Positions 10,135 to 21,540 of a stretch of 64,000 bases of DNA are shown in pieces. Both the position numbers and the translations under genes were made by a program. Every line of letters begins with the position of its first letter. Position 1 is the stretch's first letter. A model generated the notes under the pieces. That model did no database searches. It was not told the origin of the DNA and was given only the letters and a program-made list of their open reading frames with translations. Source of the DNA: Klebsormidium nitens (lineage: Eukaryota; Plantae; Klebsormidiophyceae); the NCBI GenBank assembly GCA_000708835.1, contig DF237085.1:1-64000 (forward strand), read 5' to 3'.

Positions 10135-11805
10135 ATGGATGTCTGCGCCATCGCCTTCCTGCAAGCAAGGAGTGCAAGGCCACACGTTAGACTCACAAAT
10201 GATGGGATCTTGCAACAAGACTTTAATTGGCTTGCTGGGAGTCTCGGGTGGAGGGAGCGATAGCGTTTTGTCAGGGGTTAAGTTCGCCCCGCCCCCAAGC
10301 GAATCGCCATGAAAGCTAGCGCATCCACGAGCATGACTTGGAGCTCACCGAAGGCTGTGGATGGCCGCCAGCTGGAGTCACAGAGGTGCCCCCCCCGGGG
10401 GGCCCCTCTCGGAGCGGCAGAATGCTGGAGGGCGGCGCAACCTCGGAGGTGAGGGGTTCCAAAAAAATCAGTCAATATTTGCGACTAGACTCTATATCTT
10501 TAGTACTAATATCCTGACAAATTTTGACTGCGTGAGTCTTTGGCAGGAGGAGAGATGGAACAGAACCGCGCGCTAGCTCGCGAATCCTGTCTGGAGGCTC
10601 CAAAGGCATCCCACACAACTCGCAAACAACAGCTGTCAGCCCTTCGGAAGGGTGTATTGACCAGTCGAGTGTGCTTGCCTTGCAGCATGCCTAAGATTCA
10701 CTAGCTCACCAAAGGCTGTGGATGGCCGCCAGCTGGAGTCTCGGAGGTGCCCGCCCAGGGGGGGCTCTCTCGGAGCGGCAGAAGGCCAGAACACGGCGCG
10801 ACCTGGAGGCACGGGGTCCCAAAGAATCAGTCAAAACTTGCAAGTAATCTCTATAGTCTTTAAAACAATATACCTGACAAATTTTGACTGCGTGAGTCTT
10901 TGGCAGGAGGAGGGAGGAGCAGGACCACGCGCTAGCTCGCAAATCCTGGCTGGAGCCTAGGCTCAGACGAAACTCAAAATGCATTCCGCACAACTCGCAA
11001 ACAAAAGCTGCCAATCCTTCGAAAGGACCGTGCATCGATCATCAATGGATGGTTGAAAGGCAACGCCGGATCCGAGAGAAAGCTCACCGGCGACAGCATC
11101 CGACCGCCGTCGGACGAGTCCAGACTGCCTTCGGATGAGCCCTCTGAGAGCGATGCGCTGTTGCAGCATGATGGAGGAGTGACCGCAGACATGGCCTGGA
11201 AGGATACATAAATTAGTTGAGCCTAGCTTTGCTATTATGAGCACCAAATCCCAGAGTAGAGCTGAGAAACATGAGCATGACTGGAGCTGACCTTGTGATG
11301 GAGCTGATGCCAGTCAGAAACCCTAGGTTGGCGACGGAGCTGACCCGCGAGCTCAGTTGAAGGTCACCTGGTAGCTGGCATGGGCGCTCGTTTCTTCCAC
11401 AGCATCATGGTGAGCCTCTCCGGTTTGAATTCCTGATATGCGCATACTTCTCTGGAACTCTGCAAATTGTTCCGCCGAGTGCAATCCATGGAGCGGTCGT
11501 GCTGCCATGCTTGCGGCAATGAGCGTTGAGATGCAAAGCTATGAGGCGGGCCGCATGCTGTACCTGCGATGATGCTTTTGTTGCGCCCCTGAGCGCTGGT
11601 CGGCAACAAAGTTTGAAGAAAGAGGCAGGGAAGTGCTGATTCAAAGGCTCTTTCCCCACCAATAGGAGCCCAATGGAAGCTTCTGGAACATGTCGGCGGC
11701 CCGCGGAGCGTGCTTGAAGTCAGCTTCGGCGCCCCGCCGGGAAGGAAACCGCAACCGCTTTTAAAAGACCGTCGACGCATAATCTAACGGTCGGGAATCG
11801 ACGTG
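10135..11805 (+). repeat. Copy 2 of the ~1.6-kb duplication; hairpins H9 10467-10531 and H10 10826-10891
   Basis: Collinear with 3130-5600 minus the 4668-5509 insertion. Confidence 0.9.
10974..11508 (-). CDS. Two-exon orphan gene, copy 2 (~120 aa, apparently intact)
   Basis: Exon 11508-11368 (141 nt, MAARPLHGLHSAEQFAEFQR...ASYQ|gtgacc) joins in phase 0 to exon 11195-10974 (ttccag|AMSAVTPPSCCNS...RNAF*). Exon length and splice sites are conserved in copy 1. Confidence 0.4.
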
Positions 11806-11858
11806 TTTGAGCGTTGCGACAGTGCGGTCGTAGTGTGTACTGCTGCATGTACTAACAG

Positions 11859-11932
11859 CGTAGTTTTTGACGCTCACCCGTAGTTTTTGACGCTCGCCCG
11901 TAGTTTTTGACGGTCTGAGATAGATTTTGACG
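11859..11932 (+). repeat. 21-bp direct tandem repeat x3 plus one degenerate copy
   Basis: cgtagtttttgacgctcacc / cgtagtttttgacgctcgcc / cgtagtttttgacggtctga / tagattttgacg. Confidence 0.9.
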
Positions 11933-11959
11933 TATTCCAAGTATGATTCGGTATCTGAC

Positions 11960-12135
11960 ACAAGTAAAAGCTAGACCGGCCGGGGGGGGGGGGGGGCAAA
12001 ATCTGCGAGAAAACAATGCGCGTTTTTACCAGAGCGGGCCGTACGCACCGCAGTCGATTTTTGTCAACTATATAATCCTTAAGATATAGTGATTACTTGC
12101 AAAAATGGACTGAAATTTTCGGGACCGTCCGCTGA
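11960..12135 (-). repeat. Inverted copy of block B with hairpin H11 (12050-12113) and a long G run
   Basis: Reverse complement of 5600-5775. Confidence 0.85.
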
Positions 12136-13318
12136 AGCGCAAACGGCACATTGTCCGGCGGCAGTTTGAGCTTACAATTGAGTGCGGGGGGTAGCTGATC
12201 CCGTCACCCGGCAGCGTACCCAAAAAGGCCGGGGTCCGATCGTACGGAGCCCCAGCCACGTGGTTCGGCGCGCCCGGTTCGAGTTTGGTTAGAATTGAAG
12301 GTTGCGCCAACTGGATTCGGTAGGCTGTGGGCGAATGCGCGGCCGCCCTATCAGTCGCGCGGCCGCCCGGGCAGGCTGAGTCTTGAAAACTTTGTTGAGG
12401 CTGAGGTCCAGGTCCGTGAGGAGATCGTGGAAAAGGCGCAGGAAGCAGCATCTTCTGGTGATGTCAACAGCAGTTGGTGTCTGATTAGATTGTTCAGCAT
12501 CTTATGATGTACTGGTCCTGAGACTGGCAGGTTTTTGATCCTTTCAACTCTTAGGTCAAGAGGGCCTTTCATCCTTTGCAAGCCAGCTTGCCTTGAGGAG
12601 CGCATGACAAACCGGTGTGGTGGGTGCTTCAATGAGACCAATCTTCTATTCTGTACTGCCGCGGAATTTTGAATCCTCAGATTGAGGAGTGGTGTATGTA
12701 TCACAGTAGACTGTTGTTCTGAAACTTTTTTACATGAATAAAGCGAGGGGCAAAATCCATAATGTGATCAACCAAGTGTCATCATGTAACTATGCCACCC
12801 TTTCTTCGCTTAATCTGTACTACGAGTGGTGCTCAAGTTGAATCCTACTGGCAGCCAAACTCAGAACCTTTGAAAAGACAATGTTTGATTTCACTTACCT
12901 GTTAAGAACAATCTTCTGAGTCCTCTCTGAATCAAGTTTTACAAGTGTCAACCTCTTCATCAAAGCATGCAAAGTTTAAGAGCCAGCCTTTTTCTTCAAA
13001 GGCTCCTTTGTGACATTCAATCACAATCCCTGTACTCTGCAGCTGATACCATTCTCCTCATCTTTTTGCAGGTCACAAGGACACAAACTTCATTCGGATC
13101 TAAGGAGACAGGGAAGGAGGGCACCGCGCACTAGTTGAATCATGTCCAGCGCTCTGCACTGCTGTGGGTGTGGTGCTGTCAGCAGCTCCGTCTTCATCGA
13201 CTCTCACCAGAACTCAAGGTCCAAATTGCAAAATACTCAGAAGGCAATACTAGTGCCCCTGAGATTGCCAGAGGGCCTTTGGAGACAAGCGGGGGGTGGT
13301 AGACACGCCAGCGCAGCG

Positions 13319-16300
13319 ATGGCGAGGGCAGCTGTAGCAGTGGACGAATCACTAAGGTGAGTTCTAAAGGTCCCAGCTCTCTGTGTATGAAACAACCAGA
13401 TATTGTTACTTTTGCAGGGAAAGACTCTAAGGTGTGTCCTGCTGGAAACAACAGAGAAGCTTGACGACCTATGACTTCCATACCGAAGGGTTGCGCTAAA
13501 GTCTTGCTATGCTCTGCGTTTGCAGTCGTGCCCGTGCCCCAGTCCCCGCACCTGCGCACCCCTCGTATGAGCTGTCCACAATTATTCAGCTGGCCCTGAA
13601 GGAAGATGCAGGGGATCGAGGTGGGGCCCGTTTACACTTCTGCTTCTCCACTTGCATCTTACTTGTGGAAGCCCTTAAGCAACCTTTTACTTATACTGAC
13701 AGTTGAACGGTGCTGGTTGTGTGGTTGCCCCTAAGAGATTGGAGGCTTTGGAGGACCTGTTCAGAAAGCTCTGATCAAGGCTGTCAGAATCATTGTTTGG
13801 TAAGCCAACTGGGGTCACTCTCGAATAGTGATTCCATAGCCGCTGACTACCACTTTTTGGTTCCGCTCAGGGGATGTCACTTGCTTGGCCACCATCCCTC
13901 CTGTCACTCAGGCTGAGGCGCAGTTCCTGGCGAAAGCAGACGGGGTCCTGGCGGGAGTCGCTGTTGCAGACGCTGTGTTCCGGGAAGTGGATCCGACTTT
14001 GAAGGTATGCATAGGTGCAGCTGACTCTTTTAGAGAACCATCACAAATGAGGATAGCCACTTAGCAGGAGTCATTTACGACTGATCAATATGTAAAGGTA
14101 TCATCTGCACGTCGGACGTCAGGTGATTGTATCTTGGTCGGCAAATTGTTGCGTGCGAGGCCCTTTTTTTCGCATGGGGATCTTTTTCTTCTTTTATCGA
14201 ATCCAGATTTGTCATCCGTGGTTTTAAGGTACGTATCGACCGTGGGAGTCTAAGAGCGGGAAAATTGTAGACTCGGATCAACAGTCATAAGAGCCTGCAA
14301 CTCTGAATGCTCGAAGCCAATCAAGGCGTTTAGTGCATGAGGACGAGCAACCCTGACCGTAGAAGTGTTGCTGTAATACTTTCCGTTTGGTTTTCATTGT
14401 TTCAACCCGTGCACCTATTGCAGGTGACACGTGGCACTCTTCAGAAGTGACTTGCTTGGAGTGGTTCTTGGTCTGCTTACTCTCTAGCGCATATCGCAAA
14501 ATTCTTTCAGAAAGCAGCATCCTCTTTGAGAAGCTGCTGAAGGCTTGAAAAGCAACGCTTCTCTGAAACATGAGCAACTCGACACTCTCTCTTTCAGGTC
14601 GAGTGGTCAGCAGAGGACGGGGACCTGATTGCAAAAGGTCAACATTTTGGAACGGTCCGAGGTAAGGACGATTGCACCAAGTTGGGCCTGCCTAGTAACT
14701 GGAATCTAGCAGGCTCTGAGTAATGGAGCTCCAAAGTCGTGCATGTTCAGCGGACTATTTTGTTTGCAACTCTTGACTGGAGCGATACTCACAGGCGTTT
14801 CTTTGTGAGACACCAAAAAATGCTTTACACGATGACGAAAGGCCAGTGTTCGCATGGAGCGGACTCCGAAACTCGCCGACTGGGTCTGCGTGCTCTGTGT
14901 TTGCAGGGAACGCCCGCAGTATACTGACCGCCGAGCGCATCGCCCTCAACTTCATGCAACGAATGAGCGGGATCGCCACTGCCACACGGGTCAGTCTTAC
15001 TCCCCAGTCCTCTCTAAGATTCCAATCAGTCCTTGTCCTACATAAAGCAGCGCAGGCTGGAATGCAGGCTTATGGTGGTCGCTCCAATCGCCGGATTGTG
15101 GTTCGCAGGTGCATTTCGGTCGGTTGTCAGAAACGGCGAGTCTTTGGAAACATGCTCAAGAACATCCCGCATTTTTGCCCATTTTCGCATCGTTACTCAT
15201 GCGGTGCTCTTACAAAAGCCGCGGCTGGTTGGAGTTCATCTTTTGGCCTTCGCCTACTGCAGAAGATGGCTGAGGCCGCGAAACCCGCCCGCATATTGGA
15301 GACGAGAAAGACCGCTCCTGGACTGCGGCTGATCGACAAGTGGGCGGTGAGTCTTCTTTGTTGTCGGAAACGGACGTGTTTCACTTGATTACCGCCATTC
15401 TAGTCCCCGACTGGTGCAGTCCTTCGCAAAGGCATCCTTTCCAGCCCGGTCCGAAGTTCCTTTGGACGCTAAGGCATCCTTTCCTCGGTTGCATTTGCAC
15501 CGGCGTTGGGGTTTCGCTGAACTCCTTGCTTGACCCCGGTTTCTTGAGATTTCGGGTACTCATCCATGTTCAGTTCTGAGTACTCGTCTATATTCATTCC
15601 TGGGCCATCGGTTCAGAAACGTTCCGTGCTTGTCTTTCTTCGTCGGTCGTACTGCAGACACCCTCTTGTTTGATTCCCCTCTTGTCTATTTCTCCCAGTG
15701 ACTACCTATAGCAGCAACGCGTCGTATCAGACTGCTGACCGCCCTTTTCCCGTTCAGGTTCTGATCGGCGGGGGCGAGAACCACCGGATGGGCCTCTTCG
15801 ACATGGTGATGATCAAAGACAACCACATCGCGGCGGCCGGCGGAATCGAGGGGGCGGTAGAAGGCGCCCGGGAATACCTGCGGGAAAACAATCTAGACAT
15901 GGGAGTGGAGGTGAGCAGCCCGTGCGAATCCGTTGTGCTGTACTGAGGCCCGTGATGTTTCTTTGTGATCGGTTTTGAATTGCAAAAGATGAGTGTTGCA
16001 CCGTTCGTGGGGGGGAGAATCCTAGGTGTACCAGAAATAGAATGGATTGTACACCTTCAGAATCCTGGAAGCGGTGAAAGACAGCAGTCTCCTGCGTGAA
16101 AGTTTTTAGTTTTTGAATCATTCACAACAAACGAAACCACTGAAAAGTCTCGGAACGTCGTTATCCGCCGCAGGTGGAGACTCGCACTTTGGCGGAAGTG
16201 GAGGCGGTGCTCGGCTGCCTGGGCGAGGGCCGGGGGCGCGTGACTCGCGTCATGCTGGACAACATGGTGACGGTATCACCGGACGGTGGTGTAGATACGG

Positions 16301-17157
16301 ACATGCTGCGGACGGCCGTCAAGCTGATTGACGGCCGGTGCGAAACTGAGGTGAGGCGGAAAGGAGGTTCAAGCGTTGGTTGCGTCTTGGGTTGTAAGAA
16401 TTGGCCGTCGATTTTTCTGCTCATCAAGACGCTTTCGACAGGAGTCCGTTCGACTAGGCGAACGTTTGATAAGACACAACCTGCATTTCGCGCCAGAGAG
16501 CCTCAGTGAGTCACTCTACAGAGCGGCGGCCATGTCTGTCTTCAGGTTTCTGGTATAGCACACGCTTCTCCTTTCTAGCTTTCTGCCTGCTTGGAGCCAC
16601 GAACCTTTCAGCCTCCCTTACTGGCCGTCGAGGCTTTGAGAAGCGTCTCCTTGAGCCAGTCGTTTTGTGCGTGGTTGGAGTCTGAGCATTGCTCGTCTTC
16701 TCACATTGACCAGGCGTCTGGCAACGTCACTTTGGCGACCGTGAATGCGATCGGAGCGACGGGCGTGACTTTCATCTCGAGGTAAAGACTGCACCGACGC
16801 TTGACGCATTCTGCTGGTTTCGTCTTGCCAGCGGACTCGTTGACGCAACTTGCATAGCTGGCCACTTGCTCACGTGATTGATTGACTGTGATGGCAGCGC
16901 TTGAGTGATGATCTGGACATACGCGTCAGAGCCTCAATGATCGATAAATTTTGTCTCGTCGCCCTTTCGTGCGCGCTTTGATTCCTTTCTTGGAGTAGAC
17001 AAAGCAAGGGCCACGACGGGATCACGCGCTGACCTTCGTCTTCTTTGGGTCTCATTGCAGTGGTGCTTTGACACACAGCGTGACTGCTCTGGACATCAGC
17101 CTGAACATAGATACAGAGCTGGCTCTTGAAGTAGGAAGGCGGACAAACACAGCGTGA
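13319..17157 (+). CDS. nadC: Quinolinate phosphoribosyltransferase (nicotinate-nucleotide pyrophosphorylase), multi-exon; start codon uncertain
   Basis: Exons read: [24 protein letters not shown] (~13525-13621), DVTCLATI...[11 protein letters not shown] (~13872-14005), VEWSAEDG (~14598), [19 protein letters not shown] (~14908), [12 protein letters not shown] (~15263), [16 protein letters not shown] (15758), VETRT...MLDNM (16174), ASGNVTL (16714), [32 protein letters not shown] (17061-17157). Confidence 0.95.
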
Positions 17158-18176
17158 ATGCTTCAACCTTCTGTTGCGTCCTGTCACGATTGCTCGCATT
17201 AGCAGTTCCAGCATCTGATGCAATTTGTTTCGCATCATGACATGCTGTGCACTTTAGACGTACCTTGACGCCGCTCTTGCCGCGCTTTGTTTCTTGTCGA
17301 AAGTGCCGCCTCGATCCCCAATTCATTGCAATCTGCTTCTCTTGTAATTCTGCAGTCGCACTGCACAATCTCAATCGTCATCGCATGCAGTATGAAGGTT
17401 CTGACTGTGAACGCTATACCTCAATAGCAGTCGGCGACTAATAAAGTGCTGTCAGTGCCAATCAAGTGTCTGGCGACCATATCCAAACGCTGATCGGAAC
17501 TTTACCGGCACATGATGCAACTTTTTGAGATTTACACGATCATTTTCAATCTAGTTACAACTATAAAGGTCGTGCATTGGACTAAACCCAACGTATGAGT
17601 ACGCGATCAAATCATCATTCTTCTGCACAAGGTGTACTTATAAAGTCAAATAGAACGGTCACATTTTGCACATGGTCATGCGGACGCTTATAATCCAGGT
17701 GCTGCCAAGACGTACCAACATGCGCAAGGCTCCGCAGATATATGGAATTGATGCATGAAGGTGCACTGATGGATATTTGCGCGTGCATGAATATGTGGCT
17801 TACATCAAGTTTTGAACAGCTGCGCGCTAAGCCGCGCTATTCCGAGGGGCTGTTGACACGTACTCAGAATGTTTGTTGGGTACAACAAGTGGCCTGTAAA
17901 AATACACGACGGTTGCATATGTTTGACATGAAGCCTACGAAGCTCTGAACTTCAAAAGCACAGATACTTGCGATGATGCCTTTAGGAGCCTCATAGTAAT
18001 CATTGTGATCTAGATGGTTCTCTGCAGAAGATTTCTTAGGCACCTCTTTGATTACATATGTCACCTTTCAGACGAGGGACTGTCGGTTTGTCACTTTACA
18101 CTACCTACTCTTCCCTTCTAAAAACGACTTTGATGACTCTTCCCTCCTTTAAACGGAGTTTGACGACTGTCGTTAA

Positions 18177-19283
18177 TCAGACCCACATATCAACTATCGC
18201 TTCTTCTTGAAGAAGACTGAGGACCCTTCCAAGCTCGACATACGCATCGTCTTCAAGCAGATTCTTGTTTGGATCAAGGCGATAGAAACGCAGAACGAGC
18301 TCCCTGAAGAGCCCCCATGGCATCAGCCCAATCTCGACAGCAAAATCGTTGCAGGAATTAAACGTTGCTCGCTCAGTCGCGTTTTCTGTGGTCTGATGCC
18401 GCAAGTCTTCGTCCTTGTAGCACCGCAATCGCATGACTGCTTGACAGCTACGGGTGTCGCCCAATATCATCGCTTGCAGAAAGCTGCGGTCGTCCCTCAG
18501 CTCTTCTGGGACATCAACAACAGCTGACGCTTGCAGGCGGCGATACCATCTCCCGCCAACGGGGTGCACGAAGCCCCACTGAGTTGGCGCTTCGCACTCC
18601 AGCAAACGCAGTACCTTCCCGTCTTTCTTGCGGAAAAGCTTCCAAGAAAAGGACAGCAGGGATAGCTCTTCAAGATCGTCGTCGTGTATTTTAAACAATT
18701 CTCCGTTAGTTGGAGGAATCACTGAGATTTCTGATGTCCGATCCAGGAAGCGCAGCAGCTCATGACAAACGGTTCTGCCCACAGGCCCATGCAGCAGCTT
18801 GACTACTGCCTTGCAACCACGATTTTCCGAGTGGTTGAACTCCCAGTCTTCTTGGCAGCCTTGGAAGCTCCTGTCCAGCTCGCTGGCCTCAGCTGAACAA
18901 AACAGTCGGCCTTCCCCTTCCCAGTAAATGTCCATCAGCATGACGTAGCCGGAGAGATCTGAAACGTCATCTGAGCTTGAAGCTCCCTCCTCATTTCTGG
19001 ACGCTTTATCACAAGCACCTCGCCTCCCACTTAGTCTTCTGTAGAGCTGCTTGTAGGCAGAGCTTTTGTTCTCGCCTGAGCGCACCCCATAGAGCCTCTG
19101 AACAAGCTCCTTTGCTGGAGATGTCGTGATAGACGGGTTTAGGCGCTCGCACCATGTCTTCCAGAGCGTACTCTCGTCCACAGCTTGCCTCAGCGCCACC
19201 GATTGAAGAGCCAGGCTGCACGCTTCTTTGGCCGTGAGGAAGCCTAGCAGGTGATCAAAGAGAGGGGCGTCAAGCGTCTCCAT
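18177..19283 (-). CDS. F-box protein, intronless body (the track ORF extends upstream to 19448 via GTG)
   Basis: LDAPLFDHLLGFLTAKEACSLALQSVALRQAVDESTLWKTWC fits an F-box. The C-terminal MDIYW...LSFSWKL segments resemble plant F-box families (inference). Confidence 0.75.
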   Translation of the reverse strand: METLDAPLFDHLLGFLTAKEACSLALQSVALRQAVDESTLWKTWCERLNPSITTSPAKELVQRLYGVRSGENKSSAYKQLYRRLSGRRGACDKASRNEEGASSSDDVSDLSGYVMLMDIYWEGEGRLFCSAEASELDRSFQGCQEDWEFNHSENRGCKAVVKLLHGPVGRTVCHELLRFLDRTSEISVIPPTNGELFKIHDDDLEELSLLSFSWKLFRKKDGKVLRLLECEAPTQWGFVHPVGGRWYRRLQASAVVDVPEELRDDRSFLQAMILGDTRSCQAVMRLRCYKDEDLRHQTTENATERATFNSCNDFAVEIGLMPWGLFRELVLRFYRLDPNKNLLEDDAYVELGRVLSLLQEEAIVDMWV

Positions 19284-20482
19284 CTGGTCTTGCTCAGACT
19301 CTGGAGCCTCTGAGCTGTGTGTTCGTTCATCTATATGCCTGACTGTATGCCTGACGCGACACTTCGAACGCGGCCGCGCGGGCGTCACAATGGACTCAAA
19401 ACCCTGCCCCCGCGGACGGCTGACGTAACAATCTCGGCAACTCACCACTTGCCACGTCAGACGGAGTCAAAACCTGTGTTTCAATAACACACTTACGTGC
19501 CCTTTTGCATCACGCTTTGACCTTAGAGTTTGCTGAGCTACTTCTGTTGAGAGTAAGATTGCTTCGTGCGCCAGAGAGCCTCAGTGAGGCACTCTACAAA
19601 GCGCTGGCCATCGCTGTCAGCGGTGCGCTGAAAGAGCAGATGCTTCCTGTTTTAGTTTACTTTCCAGGCTGCCTGCTTGGAACAAAAGATATCGTGGATC
19701 ATCTTTCAAATTCATCTGCCGTCCAGATTAAAACTATGCCGACATCAATCTCGGAGTGCCACGGAGTCGTTCTGTGTACGGATGGCAGTCGAAAATTCCC
19801 TTGCTTTCGACATCAATCTTGAGGCGTCTAGCAACGTCCAAAGGTCACGCTGGCGGCCGCGATTGGGGCAATGGGCGTCACCTTTTTCGAGGTAAACCAC
19901 TGAACGTGATTCCGGCTTTTGCATTTGCACGCGGGTTTTAATGATGCATGCCATCAGAGACAAGCTCGAAGATCTTCAAACAGTATGTCTGCAAGGAATC
20001 CGTCTAGCATACCGCCGGTTGATCAGCGGCTGGCCTTGCACATACTAAAGGATGAGCATGAGTCTTCTGTGAGATTGCATTCAAGCAAGATATCAATGGC
20101 GCCGGGAGTTACGTGCGCCGCCATGAACACGTGACTTACGATACGAAGAGCTTTCGAGCGATTACTGAACACGTGACTTCAATAAGAAGAGCTTTCGAGC
20201 GGTTACTTGCACGCAGAAAGATTGCGGGGTATAATATGAAGCGAGTACGTGAAACTGTTGGTTGAGGCCTATGAAGCTTTGCACTTGAATTTCTTAAGCA
20301 GCTAACTGTCATGATACCTGTAGGAGGCTCATGGTAACGTAGTCCAGATGGTTGCTCGCAGGAGGTTTCACAGGCACCTCATTCTTACAGTACAATGCGT
20401 ATGTCACCTTCCATGTGGAGTGTCAGTTTGTCGCTGCACTATTATTTTGCCTTCCTCGAAACACCGTTCTTGAAAACTCTGA

Positions 20483-21540
20483 TCAGACCCACTTGCGATC
20501 TATCGCTTCTTCTTGAAGCAGACTGAGGACCGTTCTAAGGTTGACATAGGAATCGAATTCAAACAAGCTTTTGTTCGGATCATCTGGATAGATGTACAGA
20601 GTGAGGTACCTCAGAACCTGCTGTGGAAACAGCCCAATCTCGACAGCAAAACCGTTGCTGCGTACAAACGTTGCCCGATCACTCGCACTTTCTTTGGTCT
20701 GATGCTGCAAGTTGTCATCTTCGTAACACCGCAATCGCATGACTGCTTGACAATGACAGCTACGGTAGTCCTCCAGCCCTTCAGAATCTTGAGTACAAGC
20801 TGATGCTTGCAGGCGACGATACCCTGTTCCGCCGACGGGGTGCACGAAGCTCCAGAGATGTGGCGCTTCATACTCCAACAAACCCAGCACCTTTCCGTCT
20901 TCCTTTCGCAACAACTTCCAAGAAAAGGACAGCACTCCAGGCTCGACACCGCGTATCCTCAACGTGCTTCCGTTATGAGGGGTATCACTGAGTTGTTTGA
21001 TATCTGATCCAGTAACCGCTGCAGCTCACGAGGAATGGTTTTGTCCACAAAACCATGCATCATCTGGACTACTGCCTTGCAACCATGATTATCGGGGTGC
21101 TTGTACTCCCAGTCTTCCTGGCAGCCTTGGAAGTTCTTGTCCAGCTCGGTGGCCTCAGCTGAACAGAACAATTGGCCTTTACCCTTCCAATAGACGTCCA
21201 TCAGCATGACGTAGCCGGAGAGATCTGGAACATCTGAGCCTCCTTCCTCAACCTGAGACGCCTCATCACATGTGCTACGTCTCCCACTTGATCTTCTGTA
21301 GAGCTGCTTGTATGCAGAGTTTTTGTTCGGGTCTGAGCGCACCCCATAATGCTTCTGAACAAGCTCCTTTGCGGGAGATGTCGTGATAGAAGGGTTTAGG
21401 CGCTCGCACCACGTCTTCCAAAGCGTACTCTTGTCAACAGCCTGCCTCAGCGCCACCGATTGGACAGCCAGGCTGCATGCCTCTTTGGCCGTGAGGAAGC
21501 CTAGCAGGTGATCAAAGAGAGGGTTGTCAAGCGTCTCCAT
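20483..21540 (-). pseudogene. Tandem paralog of the F-box gene, split by a 1-nt frameshift near 20980
   Basis: ORFs 20959..21552 and 20483..20962 align to the N- and C-halves of copy 1. The frame breaks at gtgatacccctcataac (C4 run; C5 would restore VIPPHNG). Confidence 0.75.

Noticed and set aside
1135-12113. CRISPR-like repeat-spacer array
   Set aside because: The intervals are 215-380 bp or more and homologous to each other rather than unique. The repeats are 65 bp, orientations are mixed, and there are no cas-like genes.
12295-12507. ORF upstream of nadC as a separate gene or the true nadC start
   Set aside because: There is no recognisable homology and I could not build a consistent splice path; left unresolved.
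20125-20210. Two-copy ~41-bp tandem repeat (gaacacgtgactt...gaagagctttcgagcg.ttact)
   Set aside because: A simple local duplication with no further structure.
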